Positions 10,287 through 18,529 of a DNA stretch of 42,945 bases are shown here, piece by piece. How positions within the stretch are numbered: the first letter of the stretch is position 1; each line of letters opens with the position of its first letter. The position numbers were made by a program, and so were the translations under genes. The DNA comes from Candidatus Latescibacterota bacterium (GTDB lineage Bacteria > Latescibacterota > UBA2968 > UBA8231), in assembly GCA_965205655.1 (NCBI GenBank), contig CBDBIJ010000056.1:1-42945 (forward strand). The letters run 5' to 3'. The notes beneath the pieces were generated by a model. It ran no database searches. It worked only from the letters and a program-made list of their open reading frames with translations, and was not told where the DNA came from.

Positions 10287-10524
10287 GCAAACGGTCGTGT
10301 CAGCTCTGAAGCTGCACGTGGAGCCAGACGAAATTTCTGACGGCGAGGCGCTCTTCGGCGACGGCGTTGGTGCCGCATCGATCGCGGCTCTCGAAGTGGT
10401 ATTCGCCATCGAAGAGGAGTTTGGCTTCGAGGTCGACGACGAGGAACTGCGAATGGAGCTGTTTGAATCGATCGATTCGATCGTAGACTACATCGAGGGC
10501 AAACTCGCGGATCCTCAAGTCTAG
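10249..10524 (+). CDS. Acyl carrier protein with atypical GAAS motif
   Basis: LFGDGVGAASIAALEVVFAIEEEFGFEVDDEEL...FESIDSIVDYI: acidic ACP pattern, Ser retained. Confidence 0.85.
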   Translation: MNAERSSIKRRAKQTVVSALKLHVEPDEISDGEALFGDGVGAASIAALEVVFAIEEEFGFEVDDEELRMELFESIDSIVDYIEGKLADPQV

Positions 10525-11634
10525 CGCTCGATAACTGCCGTTTCAGAGAATAGATCGGCGGTAGCCAGTTGAAGAGGACCTCCCAGTGATCGCCGTCGTC
10601 GAGGCTGAGGAGAATCTGTCCTCCCTGGGTGCCGACATAGATGCCGGGTTCGTCCAGGCGATCGGCCGTCATACCGTGTCGCAGGACGTTGACATGCGCA
10701 TGGGCTTGGGGCAGGCCGTTCTCGAGCGCTTCCCATGAACTGCCGCGGTCGCCACTGCGGTAGATTCTGAAGGCGCCGTCAGGAGTAGCGCGAAAGCTAC
10801 TCGACTCCTCGGGAATGACATAGAGGATATCCCCGTCATGGGGATGGACAGCAAGAGGGAACCCGAAGCCGGAAGGCAACCCGGCGGATATGTCGCTCCA
10901 GTTGTCGCCGGCGTTGTCGCTGCGATAGACGCCGCAGTGGTTCTGCTGATAGAGGATCTGCGAATTGCCGGGGTGTATCGCCAGATGATGGACGCACTGT
11001 CCCACTGCCGGCGATTTGTCAGGAAGGAAGTCGGCGATGACCCCCTTGTTCTTTGGTGACCATGTGAGGCCACCGTCGTCGGTGCGAAAAACGCCGGCAG
11101 CCGAAATGCCGACATACATGCGTTCGGTCCGGTCGGGGTCCGTGCACACGCAGTGAACCATGAGACCGCCGCCGCCCGGCATCCAGCTGTCGCGAGTCGG
11201 GTGATCGGTGAGGCTTTGAAGTTCCTCCCACCGATCATTGCCAGGGGTGATGCGAAAGAGGGCGCCGGGGTCTACGCCGGCGTAGAGCATGTGATCGTCA
11301 CGGCGACGATCGGCTTGAAGAACCCAGATTCTTTCGACTGACAGACCGCGCTCTTTCCCAAAGCGAATAGCTTCTGGTAGCTCCTTCCATGATTCCCCGA
11401 GGTCGTCGGAGATTTGTATGCCGGCACCCCACCAGGCGCTCTTGGCAGCGGCGTAAATTCGCAGGGGAACCGGCGCCCCCGGCGACTGTGGAAGGAAGGC
11501 TGGTGAGATCGTTTACTTCCAGACCCTTGAGGAGCGGACCCTTCAAGTCCCACTGGCGGCGTTGCGAATCAGACGAAGCGAGAAAGGCGCCTTTGCGGGG
11601 TGCCGATCATGAGGAGAATCTCGGTGGAGTCCAT
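10521..11634 (-). CDS. BNR/Asp-box repeat beta-propeller protein (sialidase-like/WD40-YVTN); frameshifts near 11598, ~11480, ~10545
   Basis: MDSTEILLMIGT(R)KGAF start; repeated SDDLGESW, TDDGGLTW, SDNAGDNW, SGDRGSSW, SLDDGDHW; GQCVHH, YQQNHCGVYRS. Confidence 0.8.
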
Positions 11635-11643
11635 GGCCGTATC

Positions 11644-12726
11644 TCAGAATCCGAGTTCGAGCTGATCCCGTCCAGTGCGCCGGAAATGTGCGGTCGAAAG
11701 GTCGTGACCGAGTCGGGGGATGCCGAATTTCCGGCGACTCACCTCGAAGAATTCCTCGATGAGGATGGCGAGATCCCCTTCGCCGCGCATCCGCGATCCG
11801 AAGCGCGGATCGGACAAGGAGCCGTCACGAACAGCTTTGATGCGGTTGAGGATCTTCGAGGCGCGGTCGGGAAAGTTTCGCTGGAGCCAGTCCTGGAACA
11901 AAGTCTTCACCGCACCTGGAAGGCGAACCATGATGTAGTTGGCCCACTGGCCACCGCAGTCGGCTACCGTTTCGAGGATGGCCGGCACCTCCTCATCGTT
12001 GAGGCCCGGGATGAGGGGCGCCACGTTGACGCCGACGGGTACGCCGCTCTGAGCGAGCATTTCCACCGCCTGCAGGCGCCGCTTGGGTCTCGAGGTGCGC
12101 GGCTCCATAAGGTTGGTCAATTCCGGCCGCAAACTGGTGATGGAAATGGTGACGTTGACGAGATCGAGGGAGGCGAGTTCGCCGAGAATGTCGAGGTCTC
12201 TGGTAACGAGATGATTTTTGGTGATGATGGTAACGGGATTGCGAAACTCGAGAAAGACCTCAAGGCATTTTCGCGTGAGCTCGAGTTTGCGCTCGACGGG
12301 CTGATAGCAGTCGGTGTTTCCAGAGAGCGCGACGATTTGAGGGCGCCAGGACTTTTTTCGAAAGGTCTGTTCGAGGAGCTCGGAGACGTCCTGTTTGACG
12401 ATAATTTTGGTCTCGAAATCGAGCCCGGCCGAGAAGCCGAGATACTCGTGAGTTGGCCGGGCATAGCAGTAGATGCAGCCGTGCTCGCAGCCCCTGTACG
12501 GGTTGATGCTGTAGCGAAACCCCAAGTCGGGGCTGTCGTTTTCCGACAGCGCTGAGCGCGAGCTGTCGATGAAGAGCTGAGTCGGAGTTCGTGGCTGTTC
12601 GCCGTCGTCGGTCTCGGTGGGGTCGAGCTCGAGATAAAGGGGCTCGAAACGGTTCGGGGTATTGAGTCCGGTAGCTCTGCCCTTGATCGGGGAAACGACA
12701 GCAGCGTTAGGATGAAAGTCGTTCAC
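11644..12726 (-). CDS. PA0069/Rv2578c-family radical SAM protein (spore photoproduct lyase-like)
   Basis: SINPYRGCEHGCIYCYARPTHEYLG, SGNTDCYQPVE, TK, EPRT motifs; start overlaps dnaE2 stop. Confidence 0.92.
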   Translation of the reverse strand: MNDFHPNAAVVSPIKGRATGLNTPNRFEPLYLELDPTETDDGEQPRTPTQLFIDSSRSALSENDSPDLGFRYSINPYRGCEHGCIYCYARPTHEYLGFSAGLDFETKIIVKQDVSELLEQTFRKKSWRPQIVALSGNTDCYQPVERKLELTRKCLEVFLEFRNPVTIITKNHLVTRDLDILGELASLDLVNVTISITSLRPELTNLMEPRTSRPKRRLQAVEMLAQSGVPVGVNVAPLIPGLNDEEVPAILETVADCGGQWANYIMVRLPGAVKTLFQDWLQRNFPDRASKILNRIKAVRDGSLSDPRFGSRMRGEGDLAILIEEFFEVSRRKFGIPRLGHDLSTAHFRRTGRDQLELGF

Positions 12727-15700
12727 GCAGCCACTTCCTCGGGTTCTGTTGCGAGCCGATGGTGAAGTCCTCCGCGGGCGGAAGGAAAGCCGACATGGCC
12801 GCCGAAGACGCCCTCAAGCGGCCACGCTCCCTTCATTATTATACCACGCCAGTTCCCGCTCGCCTGCAGTTCCCCCCGAACGACCATGGATGGGCGTATG
12901 AGCACGTCGTAGAGTGACTCCTGAATTCTCGGGTTGACGACGCATTGGATGAACCCGGTTTCATCCTCAACAGTAACGAACATGAAGCCTTTGGCCGTGG
13001 CCGGCTTCTGACGAACGATGACGAGACCGGCAATGGTCACTTCGGGACCGCTCTGCGGTTTTTCGGAGAGGGGAGTGAGGCGATGGACGGCTTCGATCGG
13101 CTGTACGGACAGGTCGTTGAGTGAGCGCCGAGCAAGGATGATTGGGTGAACGCGGCCGGCGCCATGGGTCTGGTAATCCCAGGAAAGACGTTCGGCGGCA
13201 GTCAGCTCAGGGAGATCAGGAATATCTTCAGGTTGGAGCTCTGGCAGGTCAAAGAGTGTTTTCTGCACAGATCGATCCGATTCCAGCCGACGTGCGAGTA
13301 CGCCGACTTCCCAAAGAGCCTTGCGACTCGAGCCACTCAGTGCGTCAAGGGCACCTGAGCGGGCGATGCTGTCGAGAGTGTCCCGCGGAAGGGAAAGGCG
13401 AGCAACGAAATCCTCCACGCTCCGGAATGGTCCGTTCATTCTGCGCCAGACGATCTGTTGAGCTGCTTCCTCTGAAAGACCCTTCACTGATGTGAGCGGC
13501 TTGCGAATGGCCAGACGTCCATCAGAGAGTCGAACAAGGTCGAAACGGGTACCCGATTCATTGATGGAAGGCAGGAGAATGGGCACCCCGAGGCGGCGCG
13601 CCTCTTCTTCGAGGGTCATGAGGTTGTAGAACCCTGGGCGATGCTGCATGAAGGCGGCCATGTAGGCGGCGGGGTAGTAGCACTTCATCCAGGCCGAATG
13701 ATATACCGTCTTGGCAAAGGCGGCGGCGTGGCTACGACAAAAACCGTAGCCGACGAACTTGGAAACCTTGTCGAAGACAGTATTGGCAATCGGTTCAGGG
13801 ACACCGCGGGCGACCGCACCCGACACGAATCTGCCGCGCATGAACTCCATCTTCTCGGGATCGTGAAACCTGGACATGAGGGCGCGGAAGTCGTCGGCTT
13901 CGGCGAGTGACAGACCGGCGAACTGATGAGCCACTTCGAGGACCTGCTCCTGGAAGAGGATGACGCCGTAGGTGTCCCGCAGCAATGGTTCGAGATCGGG
14001 ATGGTCGTAGACGACGGGCTCCTGACCGCGGCGCCGGCGGATGTAGGGGTGGACCATGCCGCCTTGAAGAGGGCCGGGGCGAAAGAGGGCGACCTCGATG
14101 AGGAGGTCGTCGAAGGTATCGGGCTGATTCTTGGCGATGAGGTGCATCTGGCCCTGAGATTCGATTTGAAACAGGGCGAGCGTCTTTCCGGAGCAGACGA
14201 GATCGAAAACCTTTCCGTCATCGAGGGGTAGGCTGTTCAAATCGATGTGCACGCGCTCGTGTCGCCCGACGAGCTCGACGGCTTCGCTCAGGCAGGCGAG
14301 CATACGCAGCCCGAGAACGTCGAGCTTGACGAGTCCCATGGCCTCGACGTCGTCTTTGTCGAACTGAACCATCTTGACGGTGTTGGCGGATATCTGAACC
14401 GGGCTGAAGTTGGACAGGTGCACGCGGGACAGAACCATGCCACCGGAGTGGAGACCGAGGTGACGGGGACAGCCCTCGAGGCTTTCGACCATGGTAAGCA
14501 GGAGCTCGAGAAGGGGTGACTCCCCGAGAACGCCGACAATCTGTTTGCGGTAGTCCCTCACATCGGTGACGTCGAGGGAGGGGACTTTCTCGCTGAGCTT
14601 GTCGACGACGGAGAGCGGCCACCCCAGAGCCTTGGCGACCTCGCGCAGGGCGAGGCGGAGTCGATAGGTGATGAGGGTGGCGGTCATGGCGGTCTGCCCT
14701 ATCCCGAAGCGCTCCTCCATCCAGGCGATGATCTCGTCGCGGCGATCGCTGTCGAAATCGACGTCGATATCGGGAGTGCCCTTGCGACCGCCGTGGAGAA
14801 AACGCTCGAACAGGAGGTTGTGACGGATGGGATCGACAGCGGTAATGCCGAGGAGATAGGAGACGATGCTGTTGGCGGCAGAGCCGCGGCCGGCGCAGCG
14901 GATACCGCGCTGCTCGGCCTGTTCGACGACTTCGCGAACGACGAGAAAGAATTCCTCGGGGTCGAGGCTGGAGATCACTGAGATTTCTTTTTCGAGCTGG
15001 CGGCGAGCCTTCTGCAGCTGGTCGGCGGGGTAAAGGCGCTCGAGAGAGGCATTGCATAACCGGCGCAGATAGGAATTGGCAGTCTCTCGCTCCGGAATCG
15101 TCGCCGCGGGGGGAGTGATGTACTCCGGCACGAGATCGACCCGACAGGATTCGTCAATGACGGCGCTCTGTTCAAACGCCTCGGGATAGGGAATCAACTT
15201 TCTGAGCTGGGTTTCCGTCTTCAGGTAAGCCTCGGCGTTTTTTGGACGTTCGGCGTGCGGGTCGGAAACGGTGATCCCGAGCCGAATGCAGGTGAGCAAG
15301 TCGTAGCGGCGATAATCGTCGGGTGTGACGAAACGAACGTCGTTGGTGGCAACGACGGAGAGATTTCTTTGTCGGGACAGTTCGTATTGTTTTTTGATAA
15401 TACCGATATCTTCCGGCAAGAGGCTGTGGCAGAGTTCTGAGTAGAGGTGGTCGCCGAAGGTGTCCTGCAATGTAGCGAGCCATGCATCGGCCTCTCTCAT
15501 ACGGCGCCTGGAGACGAGTTGCCACAGTCTCCCATCGCGACCACCGGTCAGGCAGATGAGGTCTGCTGAGTACCTGGAAAGGCTGTCGAGGTCGGCGATG
15601 GGCTCCTCTCTGTTTTTCAGGTGGGCTTCGGTGAGGAGGCGACAGAGATTCTGGTAGCCGTTCTGGTTTTTGCAGAGGAGGACGAGTGGGTAGCCCTCGA

Positions 15701-15902
15701 CGATGACTTCGGAACCGACGATGGGGTGGATGCCGGCTACTTTACAGGCTTTCTGAAAACGGACGATGCCGGAAAGGCCGTTGACGTCGGTGAGGGCGAG
15801 GGACTTCATGCCGAGTGACTGAGCGTGGTTTACTAGGGATCTTGGGGAGGAGGCTCCGGCGAGGAAGGAGAACCAGCTGCGGACGTGTAGGTGACTGAAC
15901 AT
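12723..15902 (-). CDS. dnaE2: Error-prone DNA polymerase III alpha subunit DnaE2
   Basis: PHP (HLHVRSWFSFL, TD, ATNDV), GRGSAANS, PDIDVDF, KLDVLGL, FQIES, YGFCRSHA, OB fold with TAKGFMFVTVEDETG; cassette context. Confidence 0.93.
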   Translation of the reverse strand: MFSHLHVRSWFSFLAGASSPRSLVNHAQSLGMKSLALTDVNGLSGIVRFQKACKVAGIHPIVGSEVIVEGYPLVLLCKNQNGYQNLCRLLTEAHLKNREEPIADLDSLSRYSADLICLTGGRDGRLWQLVSRRRMREADAWLATLQDTFGDHLYSELCHSLLPEDIGIIKKQYELSRQRNLSVVATNDVRFVTPDDYRRYDLLTCIRLGITVSDPHAERPKNAEAYLKTETQLRKLIPYPEAFEQSAVIDESCRVDLVPEYITPPAATIPERETANSYLRRLCNASLERLYPADQLQKARRQLEKEISVISSLDPEEFFLVVREVVEQAEQRGIRCAGRGSAANSIVSYLLGITAVDPIRHNLLFERFLHGGRKGTPDIDVDFDSDRRDEIIAWMEERFGIGQTAMTATLITYRLRLALREVAKALGWPLSVVDKLSEKVPSLDVTDVRDYRKQIVGVLGESPLLELLLTMVESLEGCPRHLGLHSGGMVLSRVHLSNFSPVQISANTVKMVQFDKDDVEAMGLVKLDVLGLRMLACLSEAVELVGRHERVHIDLNSLPLDDGKVFDLVCSGKTLALFQIESQGQMHLIAKNQPDTFDDLLIEVALFRPGPLQGGMVHPYIRRRRGQEPVVYDHPDLEPLLRDTYGVILFQEQVLEVAHQFAGLSLAEADDFRALMSRFHDPEKMEFMRGRFVSGAVARGVPEPIANTVFDKVSKFVGYGFCRSHAAAFAKTVYHSAWMKCYYPAAYMAAFMQHRPGFYNLMTLEEEARRLGVPILLPSINESGTRFDLVRLSDGRLAIRKPLTSVKGLSEEAAQQIVWRRMNGPFRSVEDFVARLSLPRDTLDSIARSGALDALSGSSRKALWEVGVLARRLESDRSVQKTLFDLPELQPEDIPDLPELTAAERLSWDYQTHGAGRVHPIILARRSLNDLSVQPIEAVHRLTPLSEKPQSGPEVTIAGLVIVRQKPATAKGFMFVTVEDETGFIQCVVNPRIQESLYDVLIRPSMVVRGELQASGNWRGIIMKGAWPLEGVFGGHVGFPSARGGLHHRLATEPEEVAA

Positions 15903-15920
15903 TAGTGGGGCGACATGAGC

Positions 15921-16057
15921 GGGCGGACGGCCATGCCATTCTCACTCATTCTCACGGCGCCATCCCGGCGCCGCTCCGAGGTTTTCGCTCGCAGGCCGTC
16001 ATCCTGACGGCCGGACTGCGAGCTCTCAATCCGTTCGGACGGCATGGCCGTCCGCCC
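15921..16057. repeat. Perfect 17-bp inverted repeat pair (REP/REPIN- or MITE-like element)
   Basis: GGGCGGACGGCCATGCC (15921-15937) and GGCATGGCCGTCCGCCC (16041-16057); right copy also forms an internal hairpin CGGACGGC-N3-GCCGTCCG. Confidence 0.7.
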
Positions 16058-16101
16058 TATTGCACTACCGATATCAACAACAGGCCGGGTCGCGGCTAAC
16101 T

Positions 16102-16341
16102 TCAATCTAGTATTCGGGCCAGGGTCCAATGGGCTCTTTCTGTTCGATACAGTTCCATGGTGGAGTGGTCGGTTTCTACGAGGAGGTAAGTTCGTTTTTC
16201 TTCATTGGCCCACCATTTGTTCTGGGCGATCCAGTAGTCGAGGATGGTTTCGACGCGATATGTGCGGTTTCTCCAACGAATGGCGGCCGGTTTTCCATCT
16301 GATATGGTTACCTCTATGGGCTCGTGATAGGATTTCATCAA
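16102..16341 (-). CDS. DUF6504-like small protein of imuB-dnaE2 cassettes
   Basis: EPIEV...PAAIRWRNRTYRVETILDYW....WW....RTY..V.......ELYR....WTLARILD pattern; overlaps imuB stop. Confidence 0.8.
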   Translation of the reverse strand: MMKSYHEPIEVTISDGKPAAIRWRNRTYRVETILDYWIAQNKWWANEEKRTYLLVETDHSTMELYRTERAHWTLARILD

Positions 16342-17585
16342 CAGACCGATTCAAATCGATACTCCTCTTCGGAAAAGAAGGGATCGGCGTGTGAGTGGAC
16401 GGGGCGGAGGAGTTTGCCGGGGAATCTGGTGTCCATGGATTTCACGAGGGGACTGATTGTTGGTTTCGCGCGGAAAAGTGTCGCCTGCTCGGGGGGGAGC
16501 AGGCTCAGTCCGCTCAGCTCCAGAACGATGCTCTGTACTCCGCTTCCGCAAGGTGTCTGAGAGCGTGTTGATGGCTTCTTGAAAAGTGTCTGCTGCAGGA
16601 GCGTGTTTGCGGCATTGGTGAGAATGCTCGGGCGATTGGTGGGGTTTTTGAGGATGCGGCTCGATTCTCGATTCAGCTCTCGGCGCCCTCCCTTCAGCTT
16701 TAGGGCGATGTGTCTGGCACTGTAACCCCGAAGCTGGGCGATGAGTTGCTCGAGCAAGTGCGAGAGGGCTGGCTGAAGGTCGGCAGGTTCGAAGACGGGC
16801 CATTCAAAGTCGTACTGGGCGCTGAGCACGCAGGGCTCGTAGTTGGGAACGGGCGGCTCTTCTTCGTCGGGATGGAGGAAGTCGAAGAGGGTTTCGCCAT
16901 CATTGCCAAATTGGGCAGACAGATGCCGTCTGGTGAGCGATGTGAGGTGGGCGACCGCTTTGAGGCCGAATAGTTCAAGTCTGGCAGTGAGGTCCGGGCA
17001 GAAACCGACATGCTGCAGGAGGGAAACGGGGGCCTGCCTCAGAAAAGGCATGACCATGCCCGGCGGTATGCTGGTCAGGCAGCCTGGTTTGGAAAAGGCG
17101 GCGGCGAGCATGCACCAGGCGCGGGCAGGTGCGCTGCCGATCTGCGCATCGAGATCACCGGCGAGGTGAGAGAGGCCGTTCATGTCCGGGTTCTGCAGGA
17201 GAGCCCAGGCGCCGTTCTCCCAGATTCCCAGTGGTCGGGACGAAGGGCTTTTGGGGTCGGAGATCGGGAGAATCCGGGGCGTGAGGCTGTAGAGCCTGGC
17301 CAGGACGTGGTCCCACACTGCTTTTTCGATTTCGACATCTCGCAGATGGAATTCGGCCTGGGGAACGAGGGCTCGGACTCGCTCGACGGAATCGCCCAGC
17401 TCGACGCCGCGTCTTTTAAGGGAGGGACTGCAGGAGAAGACACGTCCGGCAGCACAGACTGCGAGGCCGACGGATTTTGAGGCTGAAGATTTCCACCAGT
17501 GCGCCATAGCCCACGCAGAGAAACCTGCAATGTGGAGACAGACAGTGTCGGGGGAAGGAGAGGGATGGTTGTCCTGGGGAGACAT
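16338..17585 (-). CDS. ImuB/ImuY-like inactive Y-family polymerase homolog
   Basis: Divergent Y-family N-terminus lacking catalytic Asp (LHIAGFSAW), GVELG..V..., LELFGLK, L.AQFG, QATLF clamp motif; lies between lexA and dnaE2. Confidence 0.75.
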   Translation of the reverse strand: MSPQDNHPSPSPDTVCLHIAGFSAWAMAHWWKSSASKSVGLAVCAAGRVFSCSPSLKRRGVELGDSVERVRALVPQAEFHLRDVEIEKAVWDHVLARLYSLTPRILPISDPKSPSSRPLGIWENGAWALLQNPDMNGLSHLAGDLDAQIGSAPARAWCMLAAAFSKPGCLTSIPPGMVMPFLRQAPVSLLQHVGFCPDLTARLELFGLKAVAHLTSLTRRHLSAQFGNDGETLFDFLHPDEEEPPVPNYEPCVLSAQYDFEWPVFEPADLQPALSHLLEQLIAQLRGYSARHIALKLKGGRRELNRESSRILKNPTNRPSILTNAANTLLQQTLFKKPSTRSQTPCGSGVQSIVLELSGLSLLPPEQATLFRAKPTISPLVKSMDTRFPGKLLRPVHSHADPFFSEEEYRFESVC

Positions 17586-17590
17586 GGGAG

Positions 17591-18229
17591 TCAGTGGCGG
17601 TGGTAGCTCACGCAGAGCGAGGCGACGAGCACGCCCTGGATCCGCACCATGTCGGGTGAAAAAGTCTGAGGCTCATAGCGAGGGTTTGCCGGTTGCAGGA
17701 TGACGTTCTGGTGTGGGTCGAAGGCGATCCGTTTGAGGGTGTTGCCGTTGCCTTCCACCCACACGGCGCAGATATCGCCGGACTGAGGCCTGGCGCCGGG
17801 ACGAATGACGACGAGCATTCCCGGTTTCAGACCGGCATCGATCATGGAGTCTCCCTCGACAGTGAGGAAGTAGTCGCCGGGCCTGAGCTCGGGGATGATG
17901 TCCTCAACCGAGCTCACGCCGCGGTCCGCCTCAATGAGAACATCCTCGAGAGGACCGGCCGGGACGCTGCCGAAAAGGGGGTAGGAGGCCTGAAGGAGGT
18001 TCTTTGCGAGGTCGGTGAGGCGGACGGCCAGTGGGGTCTTGCGTCCCGAGCGGGTGATTTCCAGGCAGCCTTTTTTTGCTAGGAGCCGGAGATGCTGATA
18101 GGCGGAAGAAGCGTCGCGGAAGCCGAAATGGCCGGCGATCTCGGGGCCGGTGGGGGTGCGGCCCATGCGCTGCTGAAAGGCCCAGAGGAACTCGAGGACG
18201 GCCTTCTGTTTATCTGTAGGAAGGTTCAT
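17591..18229 (-). CDS. lexA: LexA repressor
   Basis: PT..EIA.HFGF...SS...HL..L.KKG HTH, VPAG cleavage site, GDSM Ser, TLKR Lys, LQPANPRYEP. Confidence 0.92.
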   Translation of the reverse strand: MNLPTDKQKAVLEFLWAFQQRMGRTPTGPEIAGHFGFRDASSAYQHLRLLAKKGCLEITRSGRKTPLAVRLTDLAKNLLQASYPLFGSVPAGPLEDVLIEADRGVSSVEDIIPELRPGDYFLTVEGDSMIDAGLKPGMLVVIRPGARPQSGDICAVWVEGNGNTLKRIAFDPHQNVILQPANPRYEPQTFSPDMVRIQGVLVASLCVSYHRH

Positions 18230-18230
18230 T

Positions 18231-18285
18231 GTGATACCCCTTTATTTAGGGTATCACTATATATCCTGGTATATGACCGTGTCAA
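18231..18285 (-). promoter_or_regulatory. lexA promoter TTGACA-N18-TATAGT with overlapping palindrome GTGATACCC-N9-GGGTATCAC (candidate operator)
   Basis: -35 at 18280-18285, -10 at 18256-18261 (minus strand); perfect 9-bp inverted repeat 18231-18239/18249-18257. Confidence 0.7.
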
Positions 18286-18529
18286 GAAATTTTGGCGATA
18301 GCGGCCACGACGAGGATGTCGTTTGCTGGCTGCTGCGTGTGTCGCCCAAAACACACGTGTGTGTTCCAGAATACCCAAGGGCGCACTGCGAGGCCCACGT
18401 GACACTCGAGCAGAGATGCCATTGGACCTCATCCTTCGTGCCGGCGCCGTCATTGACCGATGACGACCGGATCAGAGGCTGCTACGAGGCGCTGGCCGAG
18501 GGAAATTGAAACGGGCCAATTGCTCCGAC

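Noticed and set aside
15902..16129. 75-aa ORF between DUF6504 and dnaE2
   Set aside because: Spans the inverted-repeat element, overlaps the upstream gene and has no recognisable motif
18351..18363. ACACACGTGTGT palindrome and a 10-mer shared with 8197-8206
   Set aside because: Low-complexity dinucleotide pattern with only two occurrences; could be chance
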